Of a DNA stretch of 18,154 bases, positions 1 to 7,735 are shown piece after piece; position 1 is the first letter of the stretch; each line of letters opens with the position of its first letter. Source of the DNA: a bacterium (lineage in GTDB: Bacteria; Hydrothermota; Tepidihabitantia; Tepidihabitantales; Tepidihabitantaceae); contig JAWOHE010000042.1 in assembly GCA_046485285.1 (NCBI GenBank), positions 1-18,154 of the forward strand. Reading direction: 5' to 3'. The notes below the pieces were generated by a model. That model was not told where the DNA came from. It searched no databases and saw only the letters and a program-made list of their open reading frames with translations. The position numbers and the translations under genes are program-made.

Positions 1-142
1 TTACTCCCCCAGTAACCCCGGGAGTAACCCCCGGAGTAACTACCCCAGTAACCCCCGGAGTAACCCCCGGAGTAACACCGGGAGTAACCCCGGGAGTTAC
101 TCCCGGAGTAACCCCCGGAGTTACTGGGGGAGTAATACCGGG
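1..142. repeat. 12-bp tandem repeat array, consensus ~GGAGTWACCCCC, quasi-palindromic, truncated by the window edge
   Basis: AGT(A/T)AC cores at exact 12-bp spacing (11, 23, 35, 47, 59, 71, 83, 95, 107, 119; AGTAAT at 131; partial TTAC at 1). Positions 1-15 TTACTCCCCCAGTAA are the exact reverse complement of 121-135. Confidence 0.95.
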
Positions 143-443
143 TATGGGGGAGGGGGTAAATTCAGAGGTGAATGAAGTGCTGATTTTTCAATCGATTGTG
201 ACGATTTCGCGATTGACCGAGTCGTTAGTTCCTACTAACATAGGCTATGGATAGTAATGTGAAGGTGGCTGGCTTCAGACCGGGAGAGACGGTTGCGCCG
301 GGTGCGGTGTTACGCGGGTTGTGGCTTCGGGCCGGTAGCGGAGCCGAGGAGGAAGGCACAAAGGGCACGAGGAAGAAAGGTGAGGAGGGAAGGGACGAAG
401 GGAGAGCGCGGACGCCGGAAGGGCAGAAGCGGAAGTGGCGGAA

Positions 444-673
444 AGGGGTTTCTCCACTCCGGCCTTGCGGCCGTCGGTCGAAATGACAGCGTCGGGCGGA
501 CGACGGCACCGCGGGCAGACGTCCCAGCGGCGTCATTCCAACGGGGGCGGCGCAGCCGCCGATTGGAGGAATCCCTTGGGCCGGGCTCGGTGCGGGACCG
601 GAAAGGGTCTCTCCACTCCGGGCCCTGGGCCCTCCGGTCGAGATGACCCGAGGGCCTTGCGGCCGTCGGTCGA
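444..673. repeat. Cluster of REP-like palindromic repeats (GTCAT.../...ATGAC ends, resembling CGTC-tagged REPs)
   Basis: Three ~44-46 bp related units: 444-487 (ends GAAATGAC), 531-576 (starts CGTCATTCC, opposite orientation) and 604-647 (ends GAGATGAC), each with an internal GC hairpin. 653-673 is an exact 21-bp copy of 461-481. Confidence 0.75.
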
Positions 674-751
674 GGCGCCGCGGCGGCGGGGTGCGCGGTG
701 ACGTCCAGGACGCTACGGACGGTTGGACGCGCGGGGCACTTTTTTCTCCGC

Positions 752-779
752 TTGACTGGCGGGCCGGCGGCCCTATCCT
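752..779 (+). promoter_or_regulatory. sigma70-like promoter of purL (probably leaderless)
   Basis: TTGACT(752-757)-N16-TATCCT(774-779)-N5-GTG(785); no Shine-Dalgarno. Confidence 0.65.
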
Positions 780-784
780 GCCCT

Positions 785-3646
785 GTGTTCTGGCGAATCG
801 CTGTCACCCGGCGGACCCGCGACCCGGTCGCCCTCGCGCTCCGGGCCGACCTGCTCGAGTTCGGGTTGCGTGATATCCGCGAAGTCAGTTACTCCCGGCT
901 CTACTTCCTCGAGGGCGAGCTCGACGGGGCGGCGGTCGAGCGAATCGCGCGCGAGCTGCTGGCCGACCCGGTCAACGAGCGGTTCGAGATCGCCCGCGAC
1001 AAGGTCGGGGTTCTCGACCTCGAAGTCCTGCTCAATCCCGGCGTGATGGACCCGAGCGTGGCGAGCACGCTCCGGGCGCTCGCCGACCTCGGCTTCCCCG
1101 GGGTCGGGGTGCGGACCGGGCGCGGGTTCGCCTTCAGCCGGCGACTGGGGCCGGGCGAGGAGCGGGTCGCCCGCGGGCTGTTGATGAACCCGCTGGTCGA
1201 GCACGCCGCCCGGCCGGGCGAGCCGGTGTTCGTCCGGCCGCGGCCGTACCGCTTCCGGCGACGGGTCGTGCGGATCCGCGGGCTGAGCCGGCGCCGGCTC
1301 GAGGGCATCTCCCGGCGCGGCCTGCTGGCACTGAGCGGAACCGAGATGGAGGCGCTCCAGCGTCACTACGAGAAGCTCGGCCGCGACCCGACCGACGTCG
1401 AGCTCGAAACATTCGCCCAGACCTGGTCCGAGCACTGCCAGCATAAGACCTTCCGGGGCGAGATTGAGTTCGACGGCCGCGTGGTCCGGAACCTGCTGAA
1501 GTCGACGATCTTCCGGCTGACCCGCGAACTGGCCCCGGACTGGTGCCTGTCGGTGTTCCACGACAATTCCGGGGCGATCGCGTTCGACGACGAGAACGCG
1601 ATAACCTTCAAGGTCGAGACCCACAACCACCCTTCGGCGCTCGAGCCCTATGGCGGCGCCGCGACCGGTATCGGCGGGGTGATCCGCGACTGCCTCGGCA
1701 CCGGCCAGGGCGCGCGGCCGATATTGAACACCGACGTGTTCTGCTTCGCGCCGGTCTCGACCCAGTCGCGTGACGTGCCGGACGGCGCGCTTCACCCGAA
1801 GCAGGTGATGCGGGGCGTCGTGCGGGGCGTCCGCGACTACGGCAACCGGATGGGGATCCCGACCGCCAACGGCGCGGTGTACTTCGACGAGGGCTTCGTC
1901 GGCAACCCGCTGGTGTTCTGCGGCACGCTCGGGATCATCCCGCGGCGGCGGCTGAAGAAGACCGTGCGCAAGGGGCAGGCAATCGTGCTGCTGGGCGGCC
2001 GGACCGGGCGGGACGGTATCCACGGCGTCACCTTCGCGTCGCTCGAGCTCGATCGCGAGTCACAGGAGTTCTCGGGCGGGGCGGTGCAGATCGGCAACCC
2101 GATCGAGGAGAAGAAGCTGCGCGACCTGATGCTGGCCGCGCGCGACCGTGACCTGGTCGACGCGACGACCGACTGCGGCGGCGGCGGGCTGTCGAGCTCG
2201 GTCGGCGAGCTGGCGCGCCGGACCGGCTGCGAGGTGTGGCTCGACCGCGTGCCGCTCAAGTACGAGGGCCTGACCCCGGCCGAGGTCTGGGTTTCCGAGG
2301 CGCAGGAGCGGATGGTCATCTTCTGCGCGCAGTCGAAGGTGAGGCGGTTGCTGGCGCTGGCCGCCGAGCACGACGTCGAGGCGACGGTCATCGGCCGGAC
2401 GACCGGCACCCGGCGGCTGGCGCTGTCCTGGCGCGGGCACGAGGTCGGCGACGTCGAGATGGAGTTTCTTCACGAGGGCTGGAGCGTCGGGCGCCGGGTC
2501 GCCCACTGGCAGCGGCGGGAGGTGCCGGACCCGATGATCCGGGTCCAGCGCGACCTCGGCCGGGTGCTGATGCAGTTGCTGCAGGCGCCGAATATCGCCA
2601 GCAAGGAGTGGGTCGTCCGGCAGTACGACCACGAGGTCCAGGGCGCGAGCGTCGTCAAGCCGTTCTGCGGCCGCGGTGCGACCGGGCCGACCGACGCCTG
2701 CGTCATCGCGCCGGTGCCCGGCTCGCACCGATCGGTCGTAGTGTCGTGCGGCCTGCGGCCGCGCTACGGGCTGATCGACCCGTACTGGATGGCGGCGTCG
2801 GCGATCGACGAGGCCCTGCGCAACTGCATCGCGGCAGGCGGCGACATCGAGCGGGTCGCCCTGCTCGACAATTTCTGCTGGGGCAGTCCGGAGCGGCCGG
2901 AGCAGCTGGCCGGCCTGGTCCGGGCCGCGCAAGCCTGCTATGACATCGGCCGCGGCTACCGGACCCCGTTCATCTCGGGCAAGGACTCGCTTTACAACGA
3001 ATTCCGAACCGCGGCGGGCGAGCTGCTGCCGATTCCGCCGACCCTCCTGGTCTCGGCCGTCTCGGTCATCGAGGACGGGCGGCGGACCGTGACGCCGGAC
3101 TTCAAGGCACCGGGTTCGCTCGTCTACCTGGTCGGCGAGAGCTACGAGGAACTGGGCGGGAGCGAGTATTGTCGGATCAACCAGGGGCTCGGCCGGGAGG
3201 TCCCGAAGGTGGACGCGGCCCGGGGACGGCGACTGATGCGGGCAGTCGGCCGGGCGATTGCCGACGGGCTGGTTCGGGCCTGCCACGACCTGTCCGAGGG
3301 CGGGCTCGGCGTGGCGCTGGCCGAGATGGCCTTTGCGGGCCGGGTCGGCTGCGAGGTGAGACTGCGCCGGGTGCCGGGTGCGGAGCGCTTCCGGCGCGAC
3401 GATTTCCTGCTCTTCAGCGAGTCCAACACCCGGTTCCTCTGCGAGGTCGCCGCCAACCGGCGCGCCGCGTTCGAGGCCGTAATGCGCGACCTGCCCTGCG
3501 GCCAGGTCGGCCGGACGACGGTCGAGGACCAGCTCGTCGTGACCGGGCTGGCCGGGGAAGAAGTCGTCAGGCTGGAGCTCGACCGGGCCGAAACGGCTTG
3601 GCGCCGGGCTCTGACCCGGCACCTCCAGTCCGGCGGTCGGTCCTAG
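785..3646 (+). CDS. purL: Phosphoribosylformylglycinamidine synthase subunit PurL with N-terminal PurS-like region; no glutaminase (PurQ) domain
   Basis: Motifs QTWSEHCQHK, KVETHNHPSALEPYGGAATGIGGVIRD, GGRTGRDGIHG, VQIGNPIEEK, DCGGGG, SEAQERM, QYDHEV, DNFCWG, ISGKDSLYN, HDLSEGG. Start moved from 698 to GTG 785 on promoter geometry (953 aa). Confidence 0.96.
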   Translation: MFWRIAVTRRTRDPVALALRADLLEFGLRDIREVSYSRLYFLEGELDGAAVERIARELLADPVNERFEIARDKVGVLDLEVLLNPGVMDPSVASTLRALADLGFPGVGVRTGRGFAFSRRLGPGEERVARGLLMNPLVEHAARPGEPVFVRPRPYRFRRRVVRIRGLSRRRLEGISRRGLLALSGTEMEALQRHYEKLGRDPTDVELETFAQTWSEHCQHKTFRGEIEFDGRVVRNLLKSTIFRLTRELAPDWCLSVFHDNSGAIAFDDENAITFKVETHNHPSALEPYGGAATGIGGVIRDCLGTGQGARPILNTDVFCFAPVSTQSRDVPDGALHPKQVMRGVVRGVRDYGNRMGIPTANGAVYFDEGFVGNPLVFCGTLGIIPRRRLKKTVRKGQAIVLLGGRTGRDGIHGVTFASLELDRESQEFSGGAVQIGNPIEEKKLRDLMLAARDRDLVDATTDCGGGGLSSSVGELARRTGCEVWLDRVPLKYEGLTPAEVWVSEAQERMVIFCAQSKVRRLLALAAEHDVEATVIGRTTGTRRLALSWRGHEVGDVEMEFLHEGWSVGRRVAHWQRREVPDPMIRVQRDLGRVLMQLLQAPNIASKEWVVRQYDHEVQGASVVKPFCGRGATGPTDACVIAPVPGSHRSVVVSCGLRPRYGLIDPYWMAASAIDEALRNCIAAGGDIERVALLDNFCWGSPERPEQLAGLVRAAQACYDIGRGYRTPFISGKDSLYNEFRTAAGELLPIPPTLLVSAVSVIEDGRRTVTPDFKAPGSLVYLVGESYEELGGSEYCRINQGLGREVPKVDAARGRRLMRAVGRAIADGLVRACHDLSEGGLGVALAEMAFAGRVGCEVRLRRVPGAERFRRDDFLLFSESNTRFLCEVAANRRAAFEAVMRDLPCGQVGRTTVEDQLVVTGLAGEEVVRLELDRAETAWRRALTRHLQSGGRS

Positions 3647-4071
3647 TCGATCCCGGCCGGCCGGATTTCCTCGCTGCCGGTGCGGCGGAGGAACTCGACC
3701 AGTTCGTCGTAGCCGAGCCGGCGGCGGTAGTGCAGGAACCGGACCAGCATCGGCAGGTTCACCCCGCAGAGTATCGCCGTCCCCGGGTGCCGGGCGCGGA
3801 ACTTGATGCCGCCGTGCGCGCAGCTCGAGCCGTACAGGTCGACGAAGAGCAGCAGGGTGCTGCCGGGATGCCGGGCGGCGGCCGCCTCGAGCTTGTCGTC
3901 CAGTCCCTCGGCCTGGCGGGAGGTGTTGGACACCGCTTCGAGCGCGCCCGGGTCGCTGACGATCGACACCGCGGCCGCGCGCAGCGCGCCGGGCAGACCG
4001 CCGTGACCGACGACGATGCCGACGACTTCCGGCGCGGGCGGCCGGTCCGGGGCCGGGTCACTCCTGGTCAT
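3643..4071 (-). CDS. PTS EIIA component, mannose/fructose family
   Basis: VVGHG (phospho-His), FVDLYGSSC (cf. DLxGGSP), GVNLPML. Follows hprK; its stop overlaps the purL stop in CTAG 3643-3646. Confidence 0.85.
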   Translation of the reverse strand: MTRSDPAPDRPPAPEVVGIVVGHGGLPGALRAAAVSIVSDPGALEAVSNTSRQAEGLDDKLEAAAARHPGSTLLLFVDLYGSSCAHGGIKFRARHPGTAILCGVNLPMLVRFLHYRRRLGYDELVEFLRRTGSEEIRPAGID

Positions 4072-5050
4072 CAGTGATGAACGGGTCGACCTGGTGCGAG
4101 CGGCTCATCATCCGCATCAGCTCGTCGTTGAAGACCTTGGCCGGGTGGTAGCCGAAGACCTTCAGGATGTGGTTCTTGGCGATGACCTCGAGGACGAGGG
4201 CGAGGTTCTTGCCCGGGATGACCGGGATCCGGACCCGGGGAATCCGCACGCCGAGGATCTCGGCGAGCTGGTCCTCGATGCCGACCCGCTCGTAGTCCAT
4301 TCCCGGTTTCCACTGGACGAGGTTGACCTCGATCTCGATCCGCTTCTGGACCCGGATCGCGCGCACGCCGTACAGGCTATAGATGTCGACGATACCGACC
4401 CCGCGGATCTCGATGTGGTGGGCGAGCATGGGAGAGCGGGCGGCCGAGTAGCCCATCAGGATTCCCGCGCCGCGCCGGAGCACCTTGACGATGTCGTCGG
4501 CAATCACGCGATGGCCGCGGTCAACGAGGTCGAGCGCGCACTCGCTCTTGCCGATGCCCGAGACGCCGGTGATGAGCAGGCCGACCCCGAAGACGTCGAC
4601 GAGCTCGCCGTGGACGAAGTCCTCGGGCGCGAGCCGGTAGTCGAGGTAGGCGGTGAGCCGGTGGATGAACGGGGTCGTGTCCATCGGCGTGGCGAGGATC
4701 GGTATCGCCGCGCTGTCGGCGGTTTCGTGCCAGACCGGCGGCAGTTCGAGGCCCTTGGCGACGATGAAGCAGGGTGGTCCGAGTTCGAAGACGCGCCGCA
4801 CCGCCGCCCGGGCCGACTGCTCGTCGATGGACTCGAGGTAGCTGAGCTCGGTGCTGCCGATGATCTGCGCGCGCTCGGTCAGGAACACACCGGTGTGGCC
4901 GGCAAGGGCCATTCCCGGGCGGTGGATGTCTGGCGTCACCAGTAACCGGTTCTCGAGGCCGGCCTTGCCGGCGACCAGCTCCAGGTGCCACTCGTCCTGC
5001 TTCTCGGTCAGGAGCGTGCCGACGGTGAGTTTCTTGAATTCGTCGGCCAT
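4058..5050 (-). CDS. hprK: HPr(Ser) kinase/phosphorylase
   Basis: HGELVDVFGVGLLITGVSGIGKSECALDLVDRGHRVIADD (Walker A plus family signature), IEIRGVGI, IPVIPGKNLA. Confidence 0.96.
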   Translation of the reverse strand: MADEFKKLTVGTLLTEKQDEWHLELVAGKAGLENRLLVTPDIHRPGMALAGHTGVFLTERAQIIGSTELSYLESIDEQSARAAVRRVFELGPPCFIVAKGLELPPVWHETADSAAIPILATPMDTTPFIHRLTAYLDYRLAPEDFVHGELVDVFGVGLLITGVSGIGKSECALDLVDRGHRVIADDIVKVLRRGAGILMGYSAARSPMLAHHIEIRGVGIVDIYSLYGVRAIRVQKRIEIEVNLVQWKPGMDYERVGIEDQLAEILGVRIPRVRIPVIPGKNLALVLEVIAKNHILKVFGYHPAKVFNDELMRMMSRSHQVDPFITDDQE

Positions 5051-5055
5051 GGCGG

Positions 5056-5364
5056 CTAGCGGTCGGCGCCCAGGCGCTTGCGGTCGCGGATCTTGCCGTC
5101 GTGGCGCTTGAGCTGGGCGAGGATCCGGTCGAAGAGTTCGTTGACCGAATTGTACATGTCAGTGGACTCGGCCCGCGCGGTGAAGACCGTGTGGCCGATG
5201 TGGATCCGGCCCTCGGCGATTTCGCTGGCGCGGTCCTTGAGCAGGATGATTTCGCCCTCGTGGATGCGGTCGCTGTAGTGATCGAGCCGGGTTATCTTCT
5301 CCTCGACGTGCTTGCGCAGGAACGGCGTCACCTCGAAATGTCGGCCGGTAATTGTGAGCTTCAC
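5056..5364 (-). CDS. hpf: Ribosome hibernation promoting factor (short HPF/RaiA family)
   Basis: MKLTITGRHFEVTPFLRKHVEEKI...DMYNSVNELFDRILAQLKRH. GTG start at 5364 preceded by GGAGG; 102 aa; classic hpf-hprK-PTS context. Confidence 0.9.
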   Translation of the reverse strand: MKLTITGRHFEVTPFLRKHVEEKITRLDHYSDRIHEGEIILLKDRASEIAEGRIHIGHTVFTARAESTDMYNSVNELFDRILAQLKRHDGKIRDRKRLGADR

Positions 5365-5385
5365 TTTTCCTCCGTTTGTCAGGAA

Positions 5386-5414
5386 ATGGTAATCAGGCGA
5401 TGGCCGGGCGTCAA
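5386..5414 (-). promoter_or_regulatory. sigma70-like promoter for hpf-hprK-EIIA
   Basis: On - strand TTGACG-N17-TACCAT, just upstream of the hpf SD. Confidence 0.6.
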
Positions 5415-5422
5415 TAGCACGG

Positions 5423-6013
5423 TCAGATCTCGCGGCGGCCTTCGAAGGCGCGCGACAGCGTTTCGCTGTCGGCAAGCTCGAGGTCCGAGCCGACCGGCAG
5501 GCCTCTGGCGATTCGCGTCACCAGCACCCCGGACGGGCGCAGCCGCCGGGCGAGGTAGACCGCGGTGGCCTCGCCCTCGGTCGTCGGGTTGGTGGCGATG
5601 ATGACTTCCCTGGTGGTGCCGTCGCCCGCACGGGCGACGAGTTCGGCGATGCGAAGGTCCTCGGGACCGACGTTGTCGATCGGCGAGAGGACGCCGCCGA
5701 GGACGTGGTAGGTGCCGCGGTAGCGGCCGTCGGCCTCAAGCGTCAGGACGTCGCCGGTTTCCTCGACGACGCAGATGAGCTCGTGCTCGCGCCGGCTGTC
5801 GGCGCAGACCTCACAGAGCTCGTCCTCGGTGAGGCTGTAGCAGCGCGGGCACGGGTGCAGTCGCTCGCGCGCCTCGACCAGCACCCGGGCGAGGCTGGCG
5901 GCCTCGTCGCCGCGCGCCCGGAGCAGGTGCAGGGCGAGGCGCTGGGCGGTCTTGCGGCCGATGCCGGGGAGCTCGACGAGGGCCTCGATGAGCCGGTTCA
6001 GCGACTGCTTCAT
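5423..6013 (-). CDS. recR: Recombination mediator RecR
   Basis: LPGIGRKTAQRLA (HhH), CPRC..CEVC zinc finger, YHVLGG, EVIIATNPTTEGEATA (Toprim), TRIARGLPVGSDLE. Confidence 0.97.
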   Translation of the reverse strand: MKQSLNRLIEALVELPGIGRKTAQRLALHLLRARGDEAASLARVLVEARERLHPCPRCYSLTEDELCEVCADSRREHELICVVEETGDVLTLEADGRYRGTYHVLGGVLSPIDNVGPEDLRIAELVARAGDGTTREVIIATNPTTEGEATAVYLARRLRPSGVLVTRIARGLPVGSDLELADSETLSRAFEGRREI

Positions 6014-6063
6014 CGACAGGGGCTCCGGCGCGGCCGGTCGGCTCGCTCGATCATCGCGGCCAT

Positions 6064-7419
6064 TCAGGGGCGCCGGTCTTCCTCGACCTCGCCGAGGATG
6101 CGGCGCATGCGCTCGAGCAGGTCGTCTTTCGCGGCCGGCCCGGCCGGGTCCTGCGAGGCGGGGTTCGCCGCGGCAGGCGGGTTGTCGCGGCGGGCCGCCC
6201 CGGGTTTGCGGCCGGCCGGGGTATGCGGGGCGGCGCCGCGGGGGGCCGGCGACCGACCGTCCGGCGCGGCGGCAGGCTCCGGCTTCGCGGCGGGTGCCGG
6301 CGCGGGCGGTGCCGCGCGGTCCGGTCCGAGCACCGCGATGAGCTCGAGCGAGAGGTAGTCGAGGAGGATGCGCGGCATCCGGGTGTGGCGGGCCGAGTCC
6401 TCGACCCGGAGCAGTACCTCGAGCGCCCGGACGAGCTGTCCCCGAGCCAGCCGCGCGGACTGGGCCGCGAGCCGCGTGCGTTCCTCGGCGGAGAGGGCGA
6501 GCGCCTCCTCGGGCGCGCCGGACCGGAGGTAAGCGAGGTCACGAAGGTGCCGGACGAGGCCGGAGTAGAACTCGATGACGTCGAAGCCGCGGTCGAAGAG
6601 CGCCTCGGCGATGCGCAGCGAGCCGGCGACGTCGCCGGCGAGCAACCGGTCGGTGTACTCGGTGAAGACCTCGGCCGGGACGAGCCCGAGCATCTCGGTG
6701 ACGTCGGCGAGCTCGATGCCCTCGGGCCGGTAGGTTGCGAGCTGTTCAAGGATGCTCTCGCCGTCGCGGATGGCGCCGTCGGCCCGTCGGGCCACCGCGA
6801 GGAGCGCGGCGTCCGATGCCTTGATGCTTTCCTGGTCGGCGAGCCAGCGCAGGCGGCCGGCGATCTCGGGCGGCGTGGCGCGCCGGAAGTCGAAGCGCTG
6901 GCAGCGCGAGATGATTGTCGCGGGGACGAGGTGGCCCTCGGTGGTCGCGAAGATGAAACGGGCGTGGGCCGGCGGTTCCTCGAGGGTCTTGAGCAGGGCG
7001 TTGAAGGCAGGCTCGGTCAGCATGTGCACCTCGTCGATGATGTAGACCTTGAAGCGGAGGCCGGCCGGCGCGTACTTGATGCTCTCGCGCAGTCCCCGGA
7101 CCTCGTCGATGCCCCGGCTCGAAGCGCCGTCAATCTCGAGGACGTCGAGGCTGCGCGAGGTGGCGATCTCGGTGCAGGCGGCGCACCGGCCGCAGGGGGT
7201 TATCGTCGGGGCTTCGGACTCGAGGCAGTTGAGGCACTTGGCCAGGATGCGGGCGGTCGACGTCTTGCCGACGCCCCGCGGCCCCGCGAACAGGTAGGCA
7301 TTGGCGACGCGGTTCGAGGTGACTGCCCGGGCAAGGGTGTCGCGGACGTGGTCCTGGACGATGATCTCGGCAAAGGTCTGTGGCCGGTACTTGAGGGTGA
7401 GGACCCGGCGCTCGCTCAT
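6064..7419 (-). CDS. dnaX: DNA polymerase III subunit gamma/tau
   Basis: KYRPQTF, GPRGVGKT (Walker A), Cys cluster, EIDGAS, IIDEVHML (Walker B), FNALLKTLEEPP, TIISRCQRFDF. ATG 7419 chosen because the upstream in-frame ATG lies within the SRP RNA. Confidence 0.96.
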   Translation of the reverse strand: MSERRVLTLKYRPQTFAEIIVQDHVRDTLARAVTSNRVANAYLFAGPRGVGKTSTARILAKCLNCLESEAPTITPCGRCAACTEIATSRSLDVLEIDGASSRGIDEVRGLRESIKYAPAGLRFKVYIIDEVHMLTEPAFNALLKTLEEPPAHARFIFATTEGHLVPATIISRCQRFDFRRATPPEIAGRLRWLADQESIKASDAALLAVARRADGAIRDGESILEQLATYRPEGIELADVTEMLGLVPAEVFTEYTDRLLAGDVAGSLRIAEALFDRGFDVIEFYSGLVRHLRDLAYLRSGAPEEALALSAEERTRLAAQSARLARGQLVRALEVLLRVEDSARHTRMPRILLDYLSLELIAVLGPDRAAPPAPAPAAKPEPAAAPDGRSPAPRGAAPHTPAGRKPGAARRDNPPAAANPASQDPAGPAAKDDLLERMRRILGEVEEDRRP

Positions 7420-7440
7420 TTTCCCTGCCGGGATGAGAAA

Positions 7441-7715
<275 letters not shown>

Positions 7716-7735
7716 GTACAACTGCTTCGCGCCGG

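Noticed and set aside
1..142. CRISPR array
   Set aside because: Period is 12 bp with no unique spacers, and no cas genes are present.
698..784. N-terminal extension of PurL given by the ORF track (also those of hpf, dnaX, the TPR gene, mtnA and the CPBP gene)
   Set aside because: These extensions run through promoters, the SRP RNA or neighbouring genes and lack family similarity.
773..3622. Long antisense ORFs (416 aa, 520 aa) opposite purL; likewise 4016-4945, 6223-7635 and 8701-10446
   Set aside because: Shadow ORFs expected from high GC3 codon bias opposite well-identified genes; no motifs.
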